From: Pseudomonadota bacterium
GTDB lineage: Bacteria > Pseudomonadota > Gammaproteobacteria > Steroidobacterales > MnTg04
Reading direction: 5' to 3'
Assembly (NCBI GenBank): GCA_022560735.1
Contig: JADFSO010000008.1
Coordinates: forward strand, 10,691 to 74,690
DNA: 64,000 bases
This document shows positions 27,070 to 36,602 of the stretch, piece by piece. How positions within the stretch are numbered: position 1 is the stretch's first letter; the number at the start of each line of letters is the position of its first letter. The notes below the pieces were generated by a model, which worked only from the letters and a program-made list of their open reading frames with translations, ran no database searches and had not been told where the DNA came from. The position numbers and the translations under genes are program-made.

Positions 27070-27347
27070 TGAGATTGGGGCGTCGCGGGCCACTGTTTTA
27101 CTCACTGCTAGATGAACTTCGTTCCGAATCGAGCTGTGAGTAAAACAGCGTCCCGCGACAATGCTGGGAGATCGCGGCGCAGCCAATCGTGACGCTTCGA
27201 GTGGCGATGGTGGTATTGGGGACTGTGGTTGGCATGAAATTGGCGTTTTGCGGGCCACTGGTTTAGCCACTGCCAGATGAACTGCGTTCCGAATCGAGCT
27301 GTGACTAAACCAGCGTCCCGCAAAACAATGCTGGGAGATCGTGGTCC
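27070..27347. repeat. Tandem array 1 of a ~165-bp structured non-coding repeat (copy A 27070-27234, partial copy B 27235-27347)
   Basis: Period 165 bp (TGAGATTGG at 27070, TGAAATTGG at 27235). Each copy contains an inverted repeat around TGCYAGATGAACTKCGTTCCGAATCGAGCT. Homologous to 36603-36915. Confidence 0.95.
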
Positions 27348-27371
27348 AGCTGACCTTGACAGGTCGGTTGG

Positions 27372-27899
27372 TTATTTCAGCAGTACATAAACTGCGCCGC
27401 TGCCGCCGTGGGCCGGCAGCGTCGTGACATAGGCAAGCACTTCGGTCCGGTGGCGCAGGTAACTGCCAACCAGCGGTTTGATCACCGGGCCGGCGGGGCC
27501 GGAGCCGAGTCCCTTGCCGTGGACGACGCGCACGCAGCGCGAACCCGTGGCGAGGCTTTCGTCGATAAATTCCACCAGCAGGTGTTTCGCCTGCTCGGCG
27601 TTGAGCCCGTGCAAATCGCATTCGTTTTCGATCGCGTACTGGCCACGGCGCAGTTTGCGCATGACTTTGGCCGGCAAGCCGGGGCGGGCATAGATCATTT
27701 CCTCGCCGCTCTGTATCTCGCCGGGCAGCGGTGAATCGCTGAGGCTCTGGCGCATGACTTCTGCGTTGTCGCGGCTCGTGAACCTGGCCGTCGCCCTGGG
27801 TTTTGCTGCATCGAGTTCGGCACGCGGCTGGCCCGTCAATTGACGTACATCCTGCATCGCTTTGCGAAACCGGGATTTTTCGTCGTCATGTGTGCTCAT
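27372..27899 (-). CDS. Stand-alone Smr domain protein (SmrA/YdaL-like)
   Basis: CDLHGLNA, VVHGKGLGS, GGSGAVYVLLK. Start set at ATG 27899. Confidence 0.9.
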   Translation of the reverse strand: MSTHDDEKSRFRKAMQDVRQLTGQPRAELDAAKPRATARFTSRDNAEVMRQSLSDSPLPGEIQSGEEMIYARPGLPAKVMRKLRRGQYAIENECDLHGLNAEQAKHLLVEFIDESLATGSRCVRVVHGKGLGSGPAGPVIKPLVGSYLRHRTEVLAYVTTLPAHGGSGAVYVLLK

Positions 27900-28059
27900 C
27901 GTGTCACCCGGGAGTGCTGTGCCCGCAATGGCGCCATCGGTTCGCGCCCGGCGGCGGTTTATAGTTGGCCATTGTGCTTTCCAGTATAGTAGGCAGCCGA
28001 TGAACATGACCATACGCAACCTGCGTTTGTCGTACTGAAACCGCAAAGGGACGCGCGGC

Positions 28060-28809
28060 TTGAATATTCTTCTGAGCAATGACGATGGTTACCTGGCGCC
28101 GGGATTGCGTTGCCTGGCGGAGGCTATCGCCGATCTGGCCGAGGTCACCATCGTCGCACCCGATCGCAATCGCAGCGGCGCCAGCAATTCGCTGACGCTC
28201 GATATGCCGCTGCGGGTCCACCGGGCGGGACCTCGTGTTTTCTTTGTCGAGGGGACGCCAACCGATTGTGTGCACCTGGCGATCACGGGTTTGCTCGATA
28301 CCGAGCCGGACATGGTCATTTCGGGGATCAACGATGGCGCCAACCTCGGTGACGATGTGCTGTATTCGGGCACCGTCGCCGCGGCCATGGAAGGGCGTTT
28401 CCTCGGCCTGCCGACCATGGCTTTGTCGCTGGTCGGCGGTAGCCGCCGCTTGTTCGAGACCGCTGCGCGGGTCGCCAGGGAGTTACTGATTCGCCTGACC
28501 GAGAATCCGTTGCCATCCGATACGATATTGAATGTCAACGTCCCCGACCTGGCCTACGAAGAAATATCCTCCTCGGTGGTGACCCGCCTGGGCTATCGGC
28601 ATCGCGCCGAACCGGTGATTCGCAGCAAGGATCCGAAAGGCAATGAGATCTTCTGGGTCGGGCCACCCGGCACCGGTCAGGACGCCGGTCCGGGTACGGA
28701 TTTTTTTGCGGTCGCCGAGGGCCGGGTTTCGATCACGCCGTTGCAGGTGGATCTGACCCGGCACGCGGATCTCGACAAGCTGAGTCAGTGGCTGGAACAA
28801 ACGCCGTGA
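28060..28809 (+). CDS. surE: 5'/3'-nucleotidase SurE
   Basis: [53 protein letters not shown]. Confidence 0.97.
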   Translation: MNILLSNDDGYLAPGLRCLAEAIADLAEVTIVAPDRNRSGASNSLTLDMPLRVHRAGPRVFFVEGTPTDCVHLAITGLLDTEPDMVISGINDGANLGDDVLYSGTVAAAMEGRFLGLPTMALSLVGGSRRLFETAARVARELLIRLTENPLPSDTILNVNVPDLAYEEISSSVVTRLGYRHRAEPVIRSKDPKGNEIFWVGPPGTGQDAGPGTDFFAVAEGRVSITPLQVDLTRHADLDKLSQWLEQTP

Positions 28810-29474
28810 GCTGGCGTAATGTCAGCGGGATTGGCATGACCTCGGCGCGGACCAGGGACCGGTTGATCAAACGGTTGCAGAGCGGGGGTATTGTCAATCC
28901 CGAGGTCCTCGAAAGAATACGCAATGTACCGCGGCATTTGTTTGTCGACGAGGCGCTTGCCAGCCGCGCTTACGAAGACACTGCATTACCCATCGGCCAC
29001 GGCCAGACGATTTCGCAACCTTATGTGGTCGCGCGCATGACCGAGGCGCTGATCGGCGGGGGCCCGTTGCGGAAAATTCTTGAGGTGGGCACGGGCTGCG
29101 GCTACCAGACCACGGTCCTGGCGCCCCTGGTCGGGCAGATTTACAGCATCGAAAGGCTCGCGCCGTTGTTGCAAAGGGCGCGGCAAACCTTGTTTGAGCT
29201 GGGCATAAAGAACGTGCGCTTCAAGCACGGCGATGGTTTGCAAGGATGGCCGGAGGAGGCGCCGTTCGATGGAATCCTGGTTGCAGCGGCGCCCGCAACC
29301 ATTCCGCAGGACCTGGTAGACCAGCTGGCGGTCGATGGCCGCATGATTATCCCGGTCGGTGGCCGGGGCGGGCAGGAGTTGCTGCAGTTGACCCGGCGCA
29401 AGGACGGCACGATCCACAGAGAGTCCCTTTGCCTGGTGAGCTTCGTGCCCTTGCTGGAAGGTAAGATTCGGTGA
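28806..29474 (+). CDS. pcm: Protein-L-isoaspartate O-methyltransferase
   Basis: [43 protein letters not shown]. Start could be ATG 28836. Confidence 0.96.
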   Translation: MSWRNVSGIGMTSARTRDRLIKRLQSGGIVNPEVLERIRNVPRHLFVDEALASRAYEDTALPIGHGQTISQPYVVARMTEALIGGGPLRKILEVGTGCGYQTTVLAPLVGQIYSIERLAPLLQRARQTLFELGIKNVRFKHGDGLQGWPEEAPFDGILVAAAPATIPQDLVDQLAVDGRMIIPVGGRGGQELLQLTRRKDGTIHRESLCLVSFVPLLEGKIR

Positions 29475-30046
29475 GCCTGTTCGGGCCGATTTATGATCGC
29501 CTGCTGCGCTGGTCGCGTCATGCTGCCGCGCCGTGGTACCTGGCCGGTCTGAGTTTCGCCGAGGCGTCCTTTTTTCCCATACCACCCGATGTGATGCTCG
29601 CGCCGATGAGCCTGGCCCGGCCGGATCGTGCGCTGCGTTTCGCCCTGATCACCTCGCTGGCGTCGGTGGCCGGCGGCCTGGCCGGTTATGCGATCGGTTA
29701 TTACGCGCTGGACCTGGCGGTACCGCTGCTCAGGGACCTGGGGTACTGGGATGGTTACCAGAGCGTGCGTGACTGGTTTGAACAATGGGGGTTCTGGGCG
29801 GTCTTCATCGCCGGGTTTTCACCGATTCCCTACAAGCTTTTTACCATTGCCGCCGGGGCCACGGGAATGCCGCTGGCCGGCTTTGTCCTGGCATCGGTAA
29901 CCGGCCGCAGCAGCCGGTTTTTTCTGCTCGCCGGTCTGATCCGCTGGGGCGGGCCGGCGATGGAACGTCGGCTGCGACGACACATCGATAGCATAGGATG
30001 GACATGCGTGGCATTGCTGGCGGCGGCGTTTTTTTATTTTCGATGA
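29471..30046 (+). CDS. yqaA: YqaA/DedA-family (VTT domain) membrane protein
   Basis: SFAEASFFPIPPDVML, AGFSPIPYKLFTI, GRSSRFFL. Confidence 0.88.
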   Translation: MSLFGPIYDRLLRWSRHAAAPWYLAGLSFAEASFFPIPPDVMLAPMSLARPDRALRFALITSLASVAGGLAGYAIGYYALDLAVPLLRDLGYWDGYQSVRDWFEQWGFWAVFIAGFSPIPYKLFTIAAGATGMPLAGFVLASVTGRSSRFFLLAGLIRWGGPAMERRLRRHIDSIGWTCVALLAAAFFYFR

Positions 30047-30744
30047 AACGACGACGGATCATTTTTTTGCTGATCGCCGGGCTGGTTTTTGCCGAGTTGT
30101 CAGGCTGTGCCGGCCAGCAACGGCGGGAGCGGGACAGCTACACGGTCCGGGCCGGCGACACGGTTTACGGGATCGCCTGGCGGTACGGACTGGATTACCG
30201 GGAGCTGGCGCACTGGAACCGCCTTGGCGGCGGCTACAGCATATTTCCGGGGCAGGTCCTGGTCCTCAGGCGGCCACCGGGCAGTGCGCTGGCCGGCACG
30301 GCAAAAAGGCCCTCGCCGGTGCGCGCAAAGGAACCAGCCCCGCCACCCAAAAAGCCACCGCCGGCAGCTTCCAGGCTTGACTGGCTGTGGCCCGTCAAAG
30401 GCAGGGTCCTGTCCAGTTTTGGCGCTGCCGGTGCAATCGGCAAGGGGCTCGATATCGCCGGCACGGATCGGGCGCTGGTCAGAGCGGCCGCCGAAGGTCG
30501 CGTGGTCTACTCGGGCAGTGGACTTATAGGATACGGCCAGCTTATCATCATCAAGCATAACAACACCTTTCTCAGCGCATACGGATATAACTCGGAGTTG
30601 CTCGTTGCACAGGGTGACAAAGTCAGCAAGGGACAGCAGATTGCCCGCATGGGGAAAGGCCCAGGCAAGCGCCCGATGCTGCATTTCGAGATTCGGATCG
30701 ATGGAAAACCGGTCGATCCGATAAGATACTTGCCAACTCGTTAG
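30043..30744 (+). CDS. nlpD: LysM/M23 lipoprotein, NlpD/YgeR-like
   Basis: Lipobox LSGC, Lys[15 protein letters not shown], Pro/Lys linker, degenerate M23 domain (KGLDIAG, LHFEIR); pcm-nlpD-rpoS synteny. Confidence 0.88.
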   Translation: MKRRRIIFLLIAGLVFAELSGCAGQQRRERDSYTVRAGDTVYGIAWRYGLDYRELAHWNRLGGGYSIFPGQVLVLRRPPGSALAGTAKRPSPVRAKEPAPPPKKPPPAASRLDWLWPVKGRVLSSFGAAGAIGKGLDIAGTDRALVRAAAEGRVVYSGSGLIGYGQLIIIKHNNTFLSAYGYNSELLVAQGDKVSKGQQIARMGKGPGKRPMLHFEIRIDGKPVDPIRYLPTR

Positions 30745-30800
30745 TGGCCGGCCGCAAGGCGCCATGGCGCGCCGCCTGGGGTAAAACCTGGGTGGGGATA

Positions 30801-31793
30801 GTGGCGAGAAAAAGCATCGGGGCGGCGGCGAACTCGCGTCGCGGCGAAACTGCACTGACCACGCCGGCCGGAGGCGTGCCGCTGCGCACGGCCGGTGCGA
30901 TTGGCCGGGAAAGAGCGCGGGCGGCCGGGCGGCTGCCCGCAACAGTCATGACCCGGTCCCAGCAGGACGCGACTCGCTTGTATCTCAGCGAGATCGGCTA
31001 TTCCCCGCTGCTGACTGCCAGGGAAGAAGTCTTTTTTGGCCGCCGCGTCCTGCGCGGTGACGAAGGCGCCCGCAAGCGCATGATCGAAAGCAATCTGCGC
31101 CTGGTGGTCAGGATTTCCCGACGATATCTCAATCGGGGTTTGCCGCTGCTGGACCTGATCGAAGAAGGCAATCTCGGGCTCATGCACGCGGTCGGCAAGT
31201 TCGATCCGGAGAAAGGCTTTCGTTTTTCCACTTATGCGACCTGGTGGATCCGGCAAACCATCGAACGAGCGCTGATGAACCAGACCCGGACCATTCGTCT
31301 GCCCATACATATCGTCAAGCAGATCAACAGTTGTCTGCGGGCTTCTTACCGGCTTGCCCAGGATCTCGACCGGTCGCCGACCATTGCGGAGATCGCCGAC
31401 TCGGTGGACAAAGAGCAGGCGGATGTCGAACGGGTGCTGGAGCTCAATGAAAATATCTGTGCATCCAGCCTGCCATCGACAAACGGCGGCGAGAGATGTT
31501 TGCTCGAGCGTATACCCGACAACACGGAGAAAATCGACCCGTCCGCCAGCGTGCAGCAACAGAATGTTCACGATGTGCTGGAACACTGGCTGGAATGCCT
31601 GAGCGACAAGCAACTGGCAGTCGTGGAAAGACGCTTTGGCCTGCATGGTTACGAGCGCACGACGCTGGAGAAAGTCGGTGCGGAGATCGGCGTGACCCGG
31701 GAGCGGGCGCGGCAGATCCAGGTGGATGCGCTGGCGACGCTGCGCAAAGCCATGGAGTCAGATGGTATCGGCAGCGAAGCCGTGTTCGACTAG
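30801..31793 (+). CDS. rpoS: RNA polymerase sigma factor RpoS-like
   Basis: [66 protein letters not shown]. Start uncertain (GTG 30801 or ATG 30948). Confidence 0.9.
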   Translation: MARKSIGAAANSRRGETALTTPAGGVPLRTAGAIGRERARAAGRLPATVMTRSQQDATRLYLSEIGYSPLLTAREEVFFGRRVLRGDEGARKRMIESNLRLVVRISRRYLNRGLPLLDLIEEGNLGLMHAVGKFDPEKGFRFSTYATWWIRQTIERALMNQTRTIRLPIHIVKQINSCLRASYRLAQDLDRSPTIAEIADSVDKEQADVERVLELNENICASSLPSTNGGERCLLERIPDNTEKIDPSASVQQQNVHDVLEHWLECLSDKQLAVVERRFGLHGYERTTLEKVGAEIGVTRERARQIQVDALATLRKAMESDGIGSEAVFD

Positions 31794-32155
31794 GCCAGCA
31801 ACGCGGCGACTACGCTGCGATTTTCACAGGCCAGGATATTGTACGTGCGGCAGGCCGCGCCGCTGTCCATGATTTCAAGCCCGATGCCGCGGGCGCCAAG
31901 ATCGGCAATCAGCCGTTGCGGGGGTTGAATGCGCACCGGGCCGCACCCGAGCAGGAGAACCTCGGGCCGATCCGCCAGCGCCGGTTCGAGTTGCGCCAGG
32001 TCCAGGGTTTCAATGTTATCGGCGAGCCACGCCTGCACGCGGTGCCGGCTGATCAACAGCGGGCAGTCATGGTATTTGTCGCGAACCCGGATACGGCCGG
32101 GCTCGTATGAGCGAATCAGCAATCCTTCGCCGGCATTGTCGGGCACGATCTTCAA
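31790..32155 (-). CDS. Mth938-like (DUF498/NDUFAF3 family) protein
   Basis: [44 protein letters not shown]. Confidence 0.9.
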   Translation of the reverse strand: MKIVPDNAGEGLLIRSYEPGRIRVRDKYHDCPLLISRHRVQAWLADNIETLDLAQLEPALADRPEVLLLGCGPVRIQPPQRLIADLGARGIGLEIMDSGAACRTYNILACENRSVVAALLA

Positions 32156-32252
32156 TCGATGCTACCTCTGCTATGCTCCGTTCGCCGTTTGCAGCAGGGT
32201 TATTTTATCCAATGCAGGTTTTTTCTGCCGGATTTTATTAAGGGCTCGTGTC

Positions 32253-33944
32253 ATGGAGATTCGTAACAGGCCGCTTGCCGTCGAGGATTTTCTGCCGGCG
32301 GACATGCATCCGGTCCTGAAACGTATTTACCTGGGGCGTGGTATCGGCGAGCCACGACAACTGGACCTGTCGCTGGGCGGCTTGTTGCCGGTCGGAGATC
32401 TCGGTAGTACCGGGCAAGCGGTCGACTTGCTGCTTGCGCACCGGCAAAAAAACTCGCTGATCCTGATCGTCGGCGATTTCGACGCCGATGGCGCGACCTC
32501 GACCGCCCTGTTGATGAGAGGGCTGAAGCAACTGGGTTTCGCCAGGCTGGGCTACCTGTTGCCCGACCGGTTTTTGCTGGGTTATGGTTTGACCCCGGCA
32601 ATAGTCGAGTTGGCCGGGCAGCAGGATCCGGGTCTGATCATCACCGTGGACAACGGTATCTCGAGCATCGATGGCGTTGCGCTGGCAAGAAAAATGGCTA
32701 TCGAGGTGCTGGTCACGGATCATCACCTGCCGGGGCCGGAGTTGCCGGATGCCAATGTCATTCTCAATCCCAACCTGCGTGGAGAAAAATTCAGCGGCAA
32801 GTCACTGGCGGGGGTCGGCGTCGCGTTCTATTTGCTGGCCGCCTGCGAACGGCGGCTGGACTCGGGCAGCGCCGTCGCGGCCGGTCTGCTCGACCTGGTG
32901 GCGCTGGGTACGGTCGCCGATGTGGTCGCGCTGGAGCGGAACAACCGCATCCTGATCGAGCAGGGCTTGCGGCGGATCAGGGCCGGTCGCTGTTGCGCGG
33001 GGATTACCGCGCTGCTGGAAGTGGCAGGCAAGCACCCGGCCCGCGCCCGGGCCAGCGATCTCGGTTTTGCGGTGGGACCGCGGCTCAATGCCGCCGGCCG
33101 GCTGGATGACATGACGATCGGTGTGGAATGTTTGCTGGCGGAGCAGTTGCCGGCCGCCCGCATACTTGCGGCCCGCCTGGATGGATTGAATCGGGAGCGG
33201 CGCGAGCTGGAAAAAAAGATGGCGGCCGAGGCGCTGGCCATCGTCGATGCGCTGGTCCTGGAGCAAAGCAGTGAGCTCCCCTGGGGAATATGCCTGTACG
33301 ATCCCGGCTGGCACCAGGGCGTGGTCGGCCTGGTCGCGTCGCGCGTCCGCGAGAAATTCAGCCGGCCGGTGGTCGCCTTCGCCCCGGGCCAGGGCGATGA
33401 ACTGAAAGGCTCGGCGCGCTCGGTGCCGGGCCTGCACATACGCGACGCACTCGATGAAATAGCGACCCGCCATCCGGGATTGCTCGGCAAGTTCGGTGGC
33501 CATGCGATGGCCGCCGGTCTCAGCCTGGAGAGTGACCGCTTTGCGTTGTTCGCGGAGGCATTCGACTCGGTGGTCAGGCAAAAACTCAGGATCGAGGACC
33601 TGCAGGCTTTCCACTTCAGCGATGGGCAACTGGCTGCGGGGGATCTCGATCTGAGCCTGGCGGAACTGATGGCGGATGCCGGACCGTGGGGCCAGGGTTT
33701 CCCGGAGCCACAGTTTGACGGTGAATTCGAGCTCATCGAGCAGCGCGTCGTTGGCGGCTCGCACCTGAAACTCAGGCTGCGCGCAGCCGATGGCGGGCAA
33801 ACGCTGGGCGGCATCGCGTTCCGCCAGTCCTGGCCCGACAATGCCGGCGATCGCGTGCGCCTGGTTTACCGGCTCGAGGTCAATGAGTTTCGCGGTCGCC
33901 GCGAAGCCCAGCTCAACGTGATCCAGATCGAAGCTCTCGAGTGA
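32253..33944 (+). CDS. recJ: ssDNA exonuclease RecJ
   Basis: IVGDFDADGATS, ITVDNG, VTDHHL, GSARS, GGHAMAAG. Confidence 0.97.
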   Translation: MEIRNRPLAVEDFLPADMHPVLKRIYLGRGIGEPRQLDLSLGGLLPVGDLGSTGQAVDLLLAHRQKNSLILIVGDFDADGATSTALLMRGLKQLGFARLGYLLPDRFLLGYGLTPAIVELAGQQDPGLIITVDNGISSIDGVALARKMAIEVLVTDHHLPGPELPDANVILNPNLRGEKFSGKSLAGVGVAFYLLAACERRLDSGSAVAAGLLDLVALGTVADVVALERNNRILIEQGLRRIRAGRCCAGITALLEVAGKHPARARASDLGFAVGPRLNAAGRLDDMTIGVECLLAEQLPAARILAARLDGLNRERRELEKKMAAEALAIVDALVLEQSSELPWGICLYDPGWHQGVVGLVASRVREKFSRPVVAFAPGQGDELKGSARSVPGLHIRDALDEIATRHPGLLGKFGGHAMAAGLSLESDRFALFAEAFDSVVRQKLRIEDLQAFHFSDGQLAAGDLDLSLAELMADAGPWGQGFPEPQFDGEFELIEQRVVGGSHLKLRLRAADGGQTLGGIAFRQSWPDNAGDRVRLVYRLEVNEFRGRREAQLNVIQIEALE

Positions 33945-34004
33945 GCGCAGCGCCCGCGCGTGCTAACATTTGCGCCTTTGAAAACCGAAGAGTTCGCAGC
34001 CGCC

Positions 34005-35100
34005 ATGGAAATCAATCCGATCAGGGAACAGATAGCAGACCTCGAGAGCCGCAGCCAGGCTCTGAGGGGGTATCTTTGACTACGACGGCAAAGTGGAAAG
34101 ACTGGAAGAGGTCAGCCGGGAACTGGAAAATTCCGCAATCTGGGACGACCCGGAAAAGGCCCAGAGCCTGGGCAAAGAGCGCGCCAGGCTGGACGAGATT
34201 GTCGGTACGCTGGATGCCCTGAGCAGCGGGTTGCGGGATAACCTCGAACTGCTGGAAATGGCGGTTGCCGAAGACGACGAAGAAACGGTTTCGTCGATCA
34301 TTGAGGAACTCGGCGAACTGACCCGGCGGCTGGCGGCGATGGAGTTCCGGCGGATGTTTTCCGGGGAGCATGATGCCAGTAACGCCTTCGTGGAAATTCA
34401 ATCCGGCTCGGGCGGTACGGAGGCGCAGGACTGGGCCAATATGCTGCTGCGGATGTATCTGCGCTGGGGGGAGGCGCACGATTTCAAGACAGAAATAATC
34501 GAGTTGTCCGCGGGTGAGGTGGCCGGCATCAAGAGCGCGACTATTCAGATATCGGGTAACTATGCCTATGGCTGGTTGCGCACGGAAACCGGTGTCCATC
34601 GGCTGGTCAGAAAGTCGCCGTTCGATTCGGGCAATCGCCGGCACACCTCGTTCGCCGCTGTTTTCGTTTCGCCGGAAATAGACGACGAAATCGAGATCGA
34701 GATCAACCCGGCGGATCTGCGCATCGATGTGTACCGGGCGAGCGGGGCCGGTGGTCAGCATGTCAATCGGACCGAGTCGGCGGTCCGTATCACTCATCGG
34801 CCGACCAACGTCGTTGTGCAGTGCCAGAGCGACCGGTCGCAGCACAAAAACAAGGCGACGGCGATGAAACAGTTGAAAGCGAAGCTTTATGAACTGGAGA
34901 TGCAGAAAAAGAACGCGGCTGCGCAGGAACTCGAAGCCGGCAAAGCGGATATAGGCTGGGGCAGCCAGATTCGTTCCTACGTCCTCGATCAGTCGCGGAT
35001 AAAAGATTTGCGAACTTTGGTGGAAACAGGAAACACCCAGGCCGTACTCGATGGCGATCTCGACCTGTTCATCGAAGCGAGTTTGAAACAGGGACTCTGA
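34005..35100 (+). CDS. prfB: Peptide chain release factor 2, translated by a programmed +1 frameshift (join 34005-34076, 34078-35100; about 364 aa)
   Basis: 24-codon [27 protein letters not shown] ends at CTT TGA C. The +1 frame continues [11 protein letters not shown] and contains SPF and GGQHVN. Confidence 0.97.
34065..34080 (+). promoter_or_regulatory. RF2 frameshift cassette (internal SD + slippery CTT TGA C)
   Basis: AGGGGGTATCTTTGAC, matching the canonical prfB autoregulatory site. Confidence 0.97.
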
Positions 35101-35106
35101 CAAGGC

Positions 35107-36600
35107 GTGAAACAGATGACGGAAGAAAACGAACACGAGCTGATCGCCGAGAGACGGCGAAAGTTACAACGACTGCGGGAGCACGGCCCCGCCTATCCGA
35201 ATGATTTTCGCCGCGATGCACTGGCCGGCGAGTTGCACGCAAAGTATGGCGAACACGACGATAAGAAACTGAAGCAGGCAAATATTGAAGTCGCCGTTGC
35301 CGGTCGCATGATGGCAAAACGCGTCATGGGCAAGGTCTCTTTTGCCAAGCTGCAGGACCGCAGCGGCCAGATCCAGATATTTCTCACCGGCGATGAATTG
35401 CCGGATGGCGTCTACCAGGATTTCAAGAGCTGGGATCTCGGCGATATAGTCGCGGCCCGCGGATCTTTGTTCAGGACCAGGACCGGCGAACTCAGCGTGC
35501 GGGCGGTCGAGTGCCGCATACTCGGAAAATGTTTGCGCCCCTTGCCGGAGAAATTTCATGGCCTGCAGGATCAGGAGACGCGCTATCGTCAGCGTTATCT
35601 CGACCTGGTCATGAACCCCGGCTCCCGGCAGGTCTTCCAGGCGCGCACCCGGGTGGTCTCCCATATTCGCAATTTTCTCGATAGCCGGGATTTCATGGAG
35701 GTCGAGACGCCGATGATGCAATCGATCCCCGGTGGGGCGGTCGCGCGTCCGTTTATCACCCACCACAACGCACTCGATATGGAGCTGTATCTGCGGATCG
35801 CACCCGAGCTTTATCTGAAAAGGCTGGTCGTCGGCGGCTTCGAGCGGGTATACGAGGTCAATCGCAATTTCCGCAACGAGGGGCTTTCGACGCAGCACAA
35901 CCCGGAATTTACGATGCTCGAGCTGTACCAGGCCTATGCCGATTGGGAAGACATCATGGCGCTGACCGAGTCGCTGATACACAGTCTCGTCGATGCCCTG
36001 CATGGCCAGGAGGAGATCAGTTACCAGGGCGAGTCCATCGGGATGGGCAAGCCGTTCCGGCGCATCAGCGTGGAGCAGGCGGTGATCGGCGAGAATCCGT
36101 TGCTCGAATCGAAGACCCGCGACCGCGATGCCCTGGCGGCGCGTTGCGTGGAGCTTGGTCTGGTCGTCGACGATGCGGCGGGCGCCGGCAAGCTGCTGTT
36201 TGATATTTTCGACAAAACCGTTGAAGACAAACTGCGACAACCTACATTTGTGACTTCATATCCGGCGGAAGTCTCTCCTTTGTCACGCTGCGACGATAAC
36301 GATCCGTTTCTCACGGATCGTTTCGAGTTGTTTATTGCCGGGCGCGAGATCGCCAACGGTTTTTCCGAACTCAACGATCCGGAGGAGCAGGCGGCGAGAT
36401 TCAAGGCGCAGGTTGCACTCAAGGACGCCGGTGACCACGAGGCGATGTTCTATGACCATGACTATATCCGTGCGCTTGAGGTTGGCATGCCGCCGACCGG
36501 GGGTCTTGGCATCGGCATCGACCGGCTGGTCATGCTGTTGACCGATTCCGCATCGATTCGCGATGTCGTGTTGTTTCCGCACATGCGGCCGGAGTTTTAG
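35107..36600 (+). CDS. lysS: Lysyl-tRNA synthetase (class II)
   Basis: [52 protein letters not shown]. Alternative start ATG 35116. Confidence 0.98.
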   Translation: MKQMTEENEHELIAERRRKLQRLREHGPAYPNDFRRDALAGELHAKYGEHDDKKLKQANIEVAVAGRMMAKRVMGKVSFAKLQDRSGQIQIFLTGDELPDGVYQDFKSWDLGDIVAARGSLFRTRTGELSVRAVECRILGKCLRPLPEKFHGLQDQETRYRQRYLDLVMNPGSRQVFQARTRVVSHIRNFLDSRDFMEVETPMMQSIPGGAVARPFITHHNALDMELYLRIAPELYLKRLVVGGFERVYEVNRNFRNEGLSTQHNPEFTMLELYQAYADWEDIMALTESLIHSLVDALHGQEEISYQGESIGMGKPFRRISVEQAVIGENPLLESKTRDRDALAARCVELGLVVDDAAGAGKLLFDIFDKTVEDKLRQPTFVTSYPAEVSPLSRCDDNDPFLTDRFELFIAGREIANGFSELNDPEEQAARFKAQVALKDAGDHEAMFYDHDYIRALEVGMPPTGGLGIGIDRLVMLLTDSASIRDVVLFPHMRPEF

Positions 36601-36602
36601 CC

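Noticed and set aside
27106-27135. Apex CTAGATGA...CGAAT as a hammerhead ribozyme core, or GTTCCGAATC as a tRNA T-loop
   Set aside because: It lacks exact CUGANGA and GAAA, copy B has CCAGATGA, there is no third stem, and there is no cloverleaf or acceptor stem.
27108-27323. ORFs crossing the repeats (27108-27323, 26992-27621, 36655-37530)
   Set aside because: The frame is not preserved between loci (period 165 versus 166), there are no recognisable domains, and covariation points to structural rather than coding constraint.
27372-27899. Smr nuclease as the partner enzyme of the repeat
   Set aside because: It is an ordinary stand-alone Smr protein in a position next to surE that I recall as conserved, and the second array has no such neighbour.
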